Shown here piece after piece: positions 56,056 to 64,000 of a stretch of DNA of 64,000 bases. Both the position numbers and the translations under genes were made by a program. The stretch's first letter is position 1; every line of letters starts with the position of its first letter. This DNA is from Bdellovibrionota bacterium FG-1 (GTDB lineage: Bacteria > Bdellovibrionota > UBA1018), in assembly GCA_051382295.1 (NCBI GenBank), contig JBBCAW010000052.1, positions 21,940 to 85,939 on the forward strand, in the 5' to 3' direction. The notes beneath the pieces were generated by a model that saw only the letters and a list, made by a program, of their open reading frames with translations, did no database searches and was not told the DNA's origin.

Positions 56056-57138
56056 ATGACTGACACTCTTCCTCCCCCCGACCCACACGGCGAAATCATC
56101 CTCTTTCAGACCGAGGACGGTCGAACCAATATTGAAGTTCGCGTAGTCGGCGATACGGTCTGGCTCTCGATTTATCAAATGGCCGAGCTATTCCAACGTG
56201 ACAGGTCCGTGATTTCCAAACACATTTCTAATATTTATGATGAAGGAGAGCTGACGCCGAGCCAAACTTGTGCAAAATTTGCACAAGTTCAACGCGAAGG
56301 GTCAAATAAGGTCGAGCGCCAGATCGACTACTTCAATCTGGATGTAATCATCTCTGTCGGCTACCGCGTGAAGTCTCACCAGGGCACGCAGTTCCGCATT
56401 TGGGCGACCCAGCGGCTGCGAGAGTATCTGATCAAGGGTTTCACGATGGACGACGAGCGCTTGAAGCGCGCCGGGGGCGGAAATTATTTCGACGAGCTCC
56501 TCACTCGAATCCGCGATATTCGCTCATCCGAGCGCGTCTTCTGGCGAAAGGTCTTGGACATCTACTCGACCAGCATCGATTACGACCCAAAAATCGACGT
56601 CTCAAAACAGTTCTTCGCGACCGTTCAAAACAAGATGCATTGGGCCGCGCATGGCCGGACCGCCGCCGAGATCATCTCCGAGCGCGTGGACTCGAAGCAG
56701 CCTAATATGGGGCTCACGTCCTGGTCGGGGCCAAATCCTCGCAGATCGGATGTCGGCATTGCCAAGAACTACCTCGCTCACGAGGAACTGAAGGCTCTCA
56801 ATATGATCGTATCGGCCTACCTCGACTTCGCCGAGTTGCAGGCGATGAACCGCAGGCCCATGTACATGAAGGATTGGATCGGTAAGCTCGATGACTTCAT
56901 CCGGCTGACCGAGCGCGAAATTCTCACTCACGCTGGGAAGGTCTCGCACGGTGACGCCGTAAAAAAAGCGGAGCTTGAATACGATAAATTCCGCGCCACA
57001 CAGGACGCACTTCCGATGCCCGTGGATGAGGATTTTGAGCGCGCCGTTGGCGAAGTCAAAAAGATTGAAACCAAGCGCGGCCGCAGCAAAACTCTGCCCA
57101 CCGCGCCGTCGATTCCGAAAAAGGGCAAGAAGAAATAA
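56056..57138 (+). CDS. rhuM: RhuM-family protein
   Basis: VWLS..QMAELF, NLDVIISVGYRVKS..GTQFRIWAT, RIRDIRSSE, QNKMHWA.HG.TAAE and AKNYL motifs. Confidence 0.92.
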   Translation: MTDTLPPPDPHGEIILFQTEDGRTNIEVRVVGDTVWLSIYQMAELFQRDRSVISKHISNIYDEGELTPSQTCAKFAQVQREGSNKVERQIDYFNLDVIISVGYRVKSHQGTQFRIWATQRLREYLIKGFTMDDERLKRAGGGNYFDELLTRIRDIRSSERVFWRKVLDIYSTSIDYDPKIDVSKQFFATVQNKMHWAAHGRTAAEIISERVDSKQPNMGLTSWSGPNPRRSDVGIAKNYLAHEELKALNMIVSAYLDFAELQAMNRRPMYMKDWIGKLDDFIRLTEREILTHAGKVSHGDAVKKAELEYDKFRATQDALPMPVDEDFERAVGEVKKIETKRGRSKTLPTAPSIPKKGKKK

Positions 57139-57354
57139 TGGCGCAGAAATCGATCACCAAAATCATCTCTCGACCGACGCTCAGGCTCTTCGCCCCCGGC
57201 GGAGCCTCTGCCCATGGCAGTCCCGCGTTGTGGGGCGAAAACAGACCCGTCCATGGGTCCGCTTTCGCGACGGCCTCAGCCGGCCTCGGCTCTGACGAGA
57301 GTGCCCTTGGCGAAACCCTGCGCCAATTAACCGGCCAATCCGTGCCGGAATCGG

Positions 57355-58800
57355 CTAAGGCTGGGCAGACCGCTGGATCTGGATTGCCGCCGACTTGATC
57401 TTCGAAAGCCGATTGAGAAGAGCATGGAACTTCCGCTCGGCGTCCGGGGCCTCGCAGGAGTCAATCTCCTTCGTGATCAGTGAAGCGACCTGGGCAAAGG
57501 CCGCGTCGATGCCGATGTTTTTGGGCTCAAGGAGCGCAGGGATGTGCTGACGGTTGAGCCGTGTCATCGCGTCGCTGAACTCTGCGTGGAGCTTCTCCTG
57601 GGTAACCTTCGCGTACAACAGGCTCATCGAGATTGATCGGTGCCCAAGTAGTTCCTTGAGGCTCGTAATACTGAGGCCCGCGTTAAGAAGGGCGGTCGCG
57701 TAGGTATGCCGAAGGGAGTGAAGGTTGATCCATTTCTTCGCTCTCAATCGGACGCAGAGATCGTGTATGGCGAAGGCATAACGAGGATAGCGAGGTGGAA
57801 GGCCACCGGGACCAATCATGAGATAACGCGGCGAATTTTTCCCTTCGTGGTGAGCGAGGCTCATTCTCTGGATTTTTCGAACGAGTTCGATCGTCTCGGG
57901 ATCGAGCGGAACCCGGCGCTCGACGCCAAGCTTGATGGTCGGCACTTTGAGCGTGGCACGCCCCTTCGGGTCGAAATGAAGGCAGTCGAACTCCATCCTT
58001 CGCAGCTCCGTGATCCGGAGTCCCGTTCTCCGGAGCAGCAAAATGGCCTTAAAGATATGGTCATCAGTCGCGGTGAGAATAGCCTGAAGGCGCATGTCCG
58101 TCTCAGGGTCAAGCGGACGGGGCATGGCGCGCCGACGCTTCGGAATGAATCGTGGATCAAGTAGCTCGTCGGGACGACGTTTGATTTTTTTGTTCTCGTG
58201 GAGCCAGACGAGATATGTCCGGACAGCCCGGACGAGGTCCGTTCGACTCTCCTGGCGGAAACCTTTCTCGTTAATGAACTTCACATACGCGGCCAAGTGT
58301 TCCCGCCTGAGCTTACGGTATGTGAGCTTCCGATCGGCCAAGAACGTGTGAAAAACGCGCTGGACGTAACGTTGGTTTGCGAAAGCCCCGGGGCGCGTGG
58401 CCTGGATCTGAGCCAGGTATTCGTTTGATAGCGGCGGAAGGGATGGATTCCACCGATTTCGCCATGGCGAGTGGAAGGTGTAGATGTCTTCCACCTTAAG
58501 ATTGAGAATGCCCTGCTGGATTCCCCAGAGGAGAGTCTTCTTTACAATCTGGACGGCCCGGATGCATTGGCTCGTCGTGATTCCCTGGGTGGCCAGGTAC
58601 CGATGGAATTCCATAAGCCGCGGCCAAGTCAGCTCGTTAAGATCGTACCGGGTTACTTTCAGCCACTCGTCGAGCCTCCTGAGATTGATTCGGTAGGATC
58701 TCACCATTGATGCCGTCGGCCACGCGGCTCGGTTGGCGGCGTGGAAACGTTCGAGGTAATCGGAGAATGGTGGTCCTGGTCGCCTCCCGCTATGTCGCAC
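57355..58800 (-). CDS. Tyrosine recombinase (large, 481 aa)
   Basis: TGLRITE, K..VERRVP, HSLRHTYAT and LLGH..I.MSLLY; full catalytic set. Confidence 0.9.
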   Translation of the reverse strand: MRHSGRRPGPPFSDYLERFHAANRAAWPTASMVRSYRINLRRLDEWLKVTRYDLNELTWPRLMEFHRYLATQGITTSQCIRAVQIVKKTLLWGIQQGILNLKVEDIYTFHSPWRNRWNPSLPPLSNEYLAQIQATRPGAFANQRYVQRVFHTFLADRKLTYRKLRREHLAAYVKFINEKGFRQESRTDLVRAVRTYLVWLHENKKIKRRPDELLDPRFIPKRRRAMPRPLDPETDMRLQAILTATDDHIFKAILLLRRTGLRITELRRMEFDCLHFDPKGRATLKVPTIKLGVERRVPLDPETIELVRKIQRMSLAHHEGKNSPRYLMIGPGGLPPRYPRYAFAIHDLCVRLRAKKWINLHSLRHTYATALLNAGLSITSLKELLGHRSISMSLLYAKVTQEKLHAEFSDAMTRLNRQHIPALLEPKNIGIDAAFAQVASLITKEIDSCEAPDAERKFHALLNRLSKIKSAAIQIQRSAQP

Positions 58801-59863
58801 CGAGGCGCCTCAAGTTTTCTGCTGCCTTCTCGAAGTCGGCGTGAACGTCCTGCATGGTCAGGTTAATGTAGCGGATCGTTGTACGGTGGTCGCTGTGCCC
58901 CATCATTCGCTGGAGCGAGGGCAGGCTCATCCCACCGACGGCCATGTTCCGTCCGAAGGTGTGCCGAAACCGATGAGGATTGGCGTGCGCGACGCCAGAG
59001 ATCCGCCTCTTATAACGAAAGAGAGCGCGAAGCCCCTCGCGGGACATCGGAAGACCGCGCCTCGGCCCTTTCAGGACGAGAAAGAGGGTTTGCTCCTGCT
59101 TAAACCCAGGCAGAACGGGGCGCTCGGTCTCGATGTAGCGTTCCAGGAGTTCCAGAACCGCACGAGGCAGCGGGATAATGCGTTCTTTGCTCCCCTTGCC
59201 GTAAATTCGAAGCGTTTGTGCAAGGGGGTTGGCGTCCCCCTGCTTCAACCCGAGGACTTCCATAGAGCGAAGCCCGCAAACGAGCATCAGTGCGACGATC
59301 GCCCGATCGCGGCAGGTCTTGAGAGCAGCCAAAAACTTCTCGATCTCCCCGGGCTCGAGTGTGCCGACAATTTCACGGGGCTCTCGGACCCGGAGGGCTC
59401 GCCCGGACTTCGCGTAGAGCGGAAAGACCCCAAGGGTGGCGTCCATTGTGAGAAAGCGGCGCCTGCCCATGCTTCTTGGGCTATTCCCTATGCTTTGGGT
59501 TCCAGGAATCAGCTTGGCGAAGCAGTGCCGATAGAACACGTCAACTGAGTTGATCCGCCGGTTGATCGAACGAGGCGCAGCATTGCGGCCCTTCTCGGCC
59601 AGGATGAAACCCACGAGCGTTTTGACGGTGACGAGTTCGAACTGTGGATGCGTCCGCCGCCGCCCCTGATAAAACCGGAAAAAGATGGTGAGGTCGTAGG
59701 CATAGGCTCGGATCGTACGCGTCGAATATCCGCGCGCCAGACAGAGTTCGAAGAAGGAGATAACCTGCCGCTCGGTCGCCTTCCTCAGCCCTGAAACCCG
59801 AAAAAACGGTGCTTGCTCGATCGTCTCGACCACGATGGGCGCACTCATGGTCGGGCACTCCAC
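58790..59863 (-). CDS. Tyrosine recombinase (XerC/TnpA-like)
   Basis: S.RTIRAYAYDL, CGLRSME, GKGSKER, PHRFRHTF and MGH....TTIRY motifs. Confidence 0.92.
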   Translation of the reverse strand: MECPTMSAPIVVETIEQAPFFRVSGLRKATERQVISFFELCLARGYSTRTIRAYAYDLTIFFRFYQGRRRTHPQFELVTVKTLVGFILAEKGRNAAPRSINRRINSVDVFYRHCFAKLIPGTQSIGNSPRSMGRRRFLTMDATLGVFPLYAKSGRALRVREPREIVGTLEPGEIEKFLAALKTCRDRAIVALMLVCGLRSMEVLGLKQGDANPLAQTLRIYGKGSKERIIPLPRAVLELLERYIETERPVLPGFKQEQTLFLVLKGPRRGLPMSREGLRALFRYKRRISGVAHANPHRFRHTFGRNMAVGGMSLPSLQRMMGHSDHRTTIRYINLTMQDVHADFEKAAENLRRLGAT

Positions 59864-60213
59864 TTTTCGATGCGATCAATGAACTCGGGCTCCGCCTCTT
59901 GCAGCCTCACCATCGAGTGAAGAAACTGGAGCCAGTGATCATGCCCCCACGCCGCGAGCAAATCCTCCAGGCGAGTACCGCCCCGCCGATTCCAGTAATC
60001 GAGGGCCACTCGAATTAGCAACTGATCGCTGATCGGCCGTTCCATGGCATCCATCACGAGTGACCTGGGGGATCGCCTGAGAACCGCCTCTTTGTGGGAA
60101 AAGAAAAATCGCAGCAAATCCTCGTCGTGCCCAAATAAAATGGAGATACACGAGACGAGATGTTGCCGCCCGAGCTCTGAGAGAAATTTGTGCTGATTAG
60201 CCATCGCCACCAT
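59845..60213 (-). CDS. Hypothetical protein coupled to the recombinase pair
   Basis: RBS AGGAG before the ATG at 60213; overlaps both neighbours. Confidence 0.6.
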   Translation of the reverse strand: MVAMANQHKFLSELGRQHLVSCISILFGHDEDLLRFFFSHKEAVLRRSPRSLVMDAMERPISDQLLIRVALDYWNRRGGTRLEDLLAAWGHDHWLQFLHSMVRLQEAEPEFIDRIEKWSARP

Positions 60214-60574
60214 TGCTCCTGCGCCACACCAGCCGACCGCACAGGACGCAGACGCCTCTTGGCGGTAACATCGCGGCGGACAGGTGGGATTCATGGGGCG
60301 GGTCTACGCCCTGCAGGACGCCTGCGGAAGATTTATCCGTCACGCTAATTTGATGACCGATACGGCGGAATCGGCGGGAACGATCGCGATGGTCGAGCTT
60401 CGCTTCGAGCGAGGAGTCGTAGCGCCGTCGCGCCTCTCTCCTGCACTCAGCATAGCCGCGCTCACGACAGAGCAGCGAACAGTAGCGCTGGCCCCGATAG
60501 CAGCTTTTGCAGATCACGAACAGGGATGAACAGCATTTGCAGGAGATCACGTATCCCTGAAGGCCTGGCTTCAC
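60197..60574 (-). CDS. Cys-rich zinc-binding, Arg-rich protein typical of mobile elements (start uncertain; ORF to 60730)
   Basis: CKCC...ICKSCYRGQRYCSLLC...RREARRRY...HRDRSRRFR plus C-terminal CVLCG. Confidence 0.65.
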   Translation of the reverse strand: MKPGLQGYVISCKCCSSLFVICKSCYRGQRYCSLLCRERGYAECRREARRRYDSSLEAKLDHRDRSRRFRRIGHQISVTDKSSAGVLQGVDPPHESHLSAAMLPPRGVCVLCGRLVWRRSNGGDG

Positions 60575-60833
60575 ATAAACATTTTGCCATGCCGAAGACT
60601 TCAGTGAAACCGGTGCTCGACCTGCGACCGGACATTCACTCGGAAACACGAATATGACCTGAGCGGCGGACGCACCAAAACTCATTGGATAATGAGCCCT
60701 GATAATTTCTCTGATGGTGACCGTACTCATTTGTGCAACTGATGAATATCAGAAGCGATAACCTCAAATTGACGTTTCGCGTCATTAAGTGTATGACTAT
60801 TCCACTCAAGTAGTGAGACAGAAAATAAGAGGA

Positions 60834-62552
60834 ATGAAATCCATGAATTGGCTTAATAAGACTTTGGCGCTGGCGGCAATGACTGCAATGTCTGCAATGG
60901 TCGTAGGTTGCGTTACGCCCCTGGATCCTTCATGTCCGAATGGAGCAACCCTCATCATCAACATCCCCGCTGGCGGTCAATGCTACAACGTTACGGCAAC
61001 TTCTTCGTCCGATGAGGTTTCCAGCCGGATCTGCGCCAACTTTGAGGCGAACGTGGTTCCGGACACCTACCAGTACACCGTAAAAGACGACAACGGCACG
61101 CTCATCAGTTCAGGTTCAAAAGACATCGCGTGCGGCGCAACCGAGACCGTAACTGTAACCGCGGTCACTCCCGAGAGTGTGGCGCTCACACTGAACGTAA
61201 CGGCTAGCAACGGCGGAAGCGGCGAAGTCGCGGTCAACGCCAACGACGGCAGCACACACAGTTGCAGCTCAAGCGCCGGGAACTGCGCATTCGCCTTTCC
61301 CAAGGGAACGACACTTACTCTCAAGGCGACGCCAGCCGCCATCACGAATTTTTCGGGCTTTTCCGGCGTGACATGCATGAGCGGCAGCGCGACCGATTCG
61401 TGCTCGTTTGTTTTGAATTCGGCGACCACCGCGAGCGCGGCGTTTGCCGGGCTCACGCAGCTCAAGGTCAAGGCCATCACGTCAGGCGACCTTCATACCT
61501 GCGCGCTCCTCACCGACGGCACGGTGAAGTGCTTTGGTTTTAACTCAAACGGACAGCTTGGAAACGGATCGAGCGTCGATCACAGCGTCGTACCAGTAAC
61601 CGTAACGGGCCTGACCGGCATCACCGCCATTGCCGCCAACGGCAATCACACCTGCGCCATCGCCAGCGATCAGAGCGTCTGGTGCTGGGGAGAAAATAGC
61701 CATGGTGAGCTCGGTGATCTGACCTATACCCAACGCAACAAGCCAGTTCTTACTCTCGGCGTAGGACGCGTGATCTCGATCGCGGCGGGCAGGTTCCACA
61801 ACTGCGCCCTTCGCTACGACCGCACCGTTTACTGCTGGGGCAATAACTCTTATGGACAGCTTGGTGACGGAACCACGACAAGACAAAATATGGCAACTAT
61901 TGTCCCCGGCCTCACAGACATCTGGGGCATCTCGGCCGGCGCCGGTCATTCCTGCGCGATTCAGATCAACGGAGACGTTGGCGGCGGAGTCAAGTGCTGG
62001 GGGCGTAACTCCTCTGGCGAACTCGGCAACGGGACGAACACCAACAGCCTGACGCCGGTGTTCGTCAGCGGCCTGACGGGCGTTGAGTCGATCGCGGGTT
62101 CCGACACGAGCACCTGCGCGCGGCTTTACGGACCGACCGGCCCGATCAAATGCTGGGGCAATAACGCCGTTGGTCAGCTGGGCGATGGCACGACCACCAA
62201 CCGCAACACGCCGGTGTCGGTGGTTGGACTGAGCAGCACAGCCAAGATCGTATCCAATTACAGCACCTGCGCGCTCATGGCCGATAGCACGGTCAACTGC
62301 TGGGGCTACAACATCGTGGGCCAGCTCGGCAACGGCACGCGCGCCAACAGCTCCGCGCCTGTCCCGGTGAGCGGTCTCACCGGCGCCACCGCCGTTTCGA
62401 TGGGATCAGGAAACGTTCTGAGCGGCGGCCCGGGTTGCGCGATTCTTACCGACCAGACCGTCATGTGTTGGGGAGAGAATACGTACGGGCAGTTTGGCAA
62501 CGGGACCACCGCCGCAAGCAATGTGCCGGTGCGGGCAGTCGTCGGCGAATAG
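60834..62552 (+). CDS. RCC1/BLIP-II repeat lipoprotein with an InlB-B-like domain
   Basis: Lipobox VVGC; repeated HTCA....G.V.CWG.N..GQLG.G units; GTTLTLKATP....FSGFSG. Confidence 0.88.
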   Translation: MKSMNWLNKTLALAAMTAMSAMVVGCVTPLDPSCPNGATLIINIPAGGQCYNVTATSSSDEVSSRICANFEANVVPDTYQYTVKDDNGTLISSGSKDIACGATETVTVTAVTPESVALTLNVTASNGGSGEVAVNANDGSTHSCSSSAGNCAFAFPKGTTLTLKATPAAITNFSGFSGVTCMSGSATDSCSFVLNSATTASAAFAGLTQLKVKAITSGDLHTCALLTDGTVKCFGFNSNGQLGNGSSVDHSVVPVTVTGLTGITAIAANGNHTCAIASDQSVWCWGENSHGELGDLTYTQRNKPVLTLGVGRVISIAAGRFHNCALRYDRTVYCWGNNSYGQLGDGTTTRQNMATIVPGLTDIWGISAGAGHSCAIQINGDVGGGVKCWGRNSSGELGNGTNTNSLTPVFVSGLTGVESIAGSDTSTCARLYGPTGPIKCWGNNAVGQLGDGTTTNRNTPVSVVGLSSTAKIVSNYSTCALMADSTVNCWGYNIVGQLGNGTRANSSAPVPVSGLTGATAVSMGSGNVLSGGPGCAILTDQTVMCWGENTYGQFGNGTTAASNVPVRAVVGE

Positions 62553-62597
62553 TGCAGTATATCGACCCAGCTAAATTAATCAGATAAGGACATAATC

Positions 62598-63782
62598 ATG
62601 CGAACCTACCCCGTAAAAAAGTTTTCTCTTCCCGTAACCGCAGCCATAGCTGTGCTTTGCTTTTCGGGCTGTCTGCCCATGCCTGATGAACAGGACCCGA
62701 CGGTATCGGGCCTGAGTCTTTCGGCCGACACAGCCGGCGCGGTGATCGCCTACAACGTCACTGAAAATCAAATCGTCGAGACGCGTGCCAATAGGCTTCA
62801 ACTCGAAGGCTACAGGCTCACCGAGCCGACAATACTCCAATTTCCTAATGTCGCGGTACTGGCCGCCGGCACCACGCCAGGATTTTTAATCGAAGGCAGT
62901 GACGGATTTTTAGGAGTGGGCTGGGGCTTTCCGCCCAATGTCTACTCAAGCACCCCCACCCGACCCCGCCAAACCCCAAACAATAGCTTTGGCACACGCA
63001 CAACCCCCAGTACTAGCTTTGGCTCCATGGTGAACCATATAAACGGTCGCGCCGTGATTGCGGCCTACAACGATTTAAGCCAATTCATCGATCTTTATGA
63101 CGTCGACGCCCCCGTCGCAGACCAGGCCCCCAGGGTAGTCGTGCGCGGATGGGATCCGAACAAAAAAGAGAAAATCGCCGCGCCGGTTGCCGTCGCGGCA
63201 AATGCGGACGCGATTCTGGCCGCAGCCACCTCGCTTGCTGACCCTTCAATGATTTTCAGCGTACTGACAGTCGGAGACGTCACGCAAACGACGCGAATAT
63301 CCAGAAAAGGCATGGAGCAGCCTACTGGCATGCCAACTGGCGTGGCCAAGATATTGGCGGCATGGACAGACGGAAAAATATCTCGACTCATTGTCAGCGA
63401 TGATCAGGGCGTATGGATTTGGGATAGCCGCAAAGTGATTGAAGCGGCCAAGATTGAAAATGTTTTCTGCGTGGCCGGCGCATTCACCCAGGCAGGCGTC
63501 GCGGTTCTTGGAGAATTTGCTCCCAGCGGCGTGATTGTGTCGATGCAGACCGTTCCCGGTGAGGCGCCCTCGGCCTCGGCTACGCTGCCAATCTCCGGCG
63601 CGGCCATGGACGGTTCCGAGTGCAAGCTCGCGATTGGCGGCGGCCATGCACATCTTGCGTGGACTGAACTTAATGGCGACGATAACGGCGATCTATCCCC
63701 CCAAGTGCAGCTTCGTACGATTGATTCAGGGGGCACAGCTGTGTTTGCGAAAGCCTGGATGGTCAACAAGTTTAGTAAGTAG
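62598..63782 (+). CDS. Hypothetical lipoprotein
   Basis: RBS AAGGA, lipobox FSGC, 394 aa, beta-rich. Confidence 0.7.
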   Translation: MRTYPVKKFSLPVTAAIAVLCFSGCLPMPDEQDPTVSGLSLSADTAGAVIAYNVTENQIVETRANRLQLEGYRLTEPTILQFPNVAVLAAGTTPGFLIEGSDGFLGVGWGFPPNVYSSTPTRPRQTPNNSFGTRTTPSTSFGSMVNHINGRAVIAAYNDLSQFIDLYDVDAPVADQAPRVVVRGWDPNKKEKIAAPVAVAANADAILAAATSLADPSMIFSVLTVGDVTQTTRISRKGMEQPTGMPTGVAKILAAWTDGKISRLIVSDDQGVWIWDSRKVIEAAKIENVFCVAGAFTQAGVAVLGEFAPSGVIVSMQTVPGEAPSASATLPISGAAMDGSECKLAIGGGHAHLAWTELNGDDNGDLSPQVQLRTIDSGGTAVFAKAWMVNKFSK

Positions 63783-63818
63783 CTAACCAATTCAATCATA
63801 GTAAAAGTAAGTAAAATT

Positions 63819-64000
63819 CCTGCTTATCCGGTTGTCACTTAATAGCATTTAAGCTACGGTGCGTCGCAGAGGGTTTTAGCGATGCCAACTGCGGGTCAAA
63901 AGCCACCGCCACCGAAAAACTCCCCTCCTGAATATCCGATAACCCATCTGGACTTTCAGCTCATGTTTCCTGATGAGGCGGCATGCCTCCTCTATCTGGA
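63819..64000 (+). mobile_element. Left end of an IS1595-family element; transposase starts at 63882 and runs off the window
   Basis: Translation MPTAGQ...YPITHLDFQLMFPDEAACLLYL matches IS1595 transposase N-termini. The upstream CCTGCTTATC fits the ISSod11-group end pattern as I recall it. Confidence 0.7.

Larger units (their letters stand above)
31529..64000. mobile_element. Genomic/defence island starting at the tmRNA 3' end; right boundary not seen in the window
   Basis: Abrupt switch from housekeeping genes to parA/rep, BREX, nucleases, recombinases and an IS; ssrA is an established integration hotspot. Confidence 0.75.

Noticed and set aside
57138..57398. 86-aa ORF after rhuM as a gene, or as the recombinase-unit end with terminal repeats
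   Set aside because: Low-complexity translation overlapping the convergent recombinase; no convincing repeat shared with 60575-60780.
31529..64000. Prophage or conjugative element
   Set aside because: No capsid, terminase, tail, relaxase or type IV secretion genes are in the window; they could lie beyond 64 kb.

Overview
The window has two parts. Bases 1-31.5 kb are housekeeping chromosome, probably from a Bdellovibrionota/Oligoflexia-like bacterium (inferred from gene content and the tmRNA tag). This part carries a SIS protein, lptD, accD, an HD-GYP gene, rsmI, yraN-rnhB-rplS-trmD-khpA-rpsP with no rimM, hemH, greB, a NitT/TauT ABC pair, TolC, hldD, rpsT, secreted peptidases and tmRNA (31169-31528). 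It also holds a 2-kb toxin-antitoxin block bracketed by a 46-bp direct repeat and a candidate CsrA-binding sRNA. From 31.5 kb to the end is an accessory island starting at the tmRNA 3' end. It contains parA plus a lambda-O-like initiator gene, an HTH-led six-gene type 1 BREX system, DUF2130, an RloC-like ATPase-HEPN gene, a TM0106 nuclease-helicase, rhuM, a four-gene unit with two tyrosine recombinases, two lipoproteins and the start of an IS1595-family element. The strongest candidate for an undescribed system is the parA-rep pair. It has no parB, and the rep coding sequence carries two phased arrays of an 18-bp palindromic motif (AACC-NN-GGTT) conserved at silent codon positions; the second array abuts an AT-rich tract. 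All family calls come from motif recognition by eye; no database searches were run.
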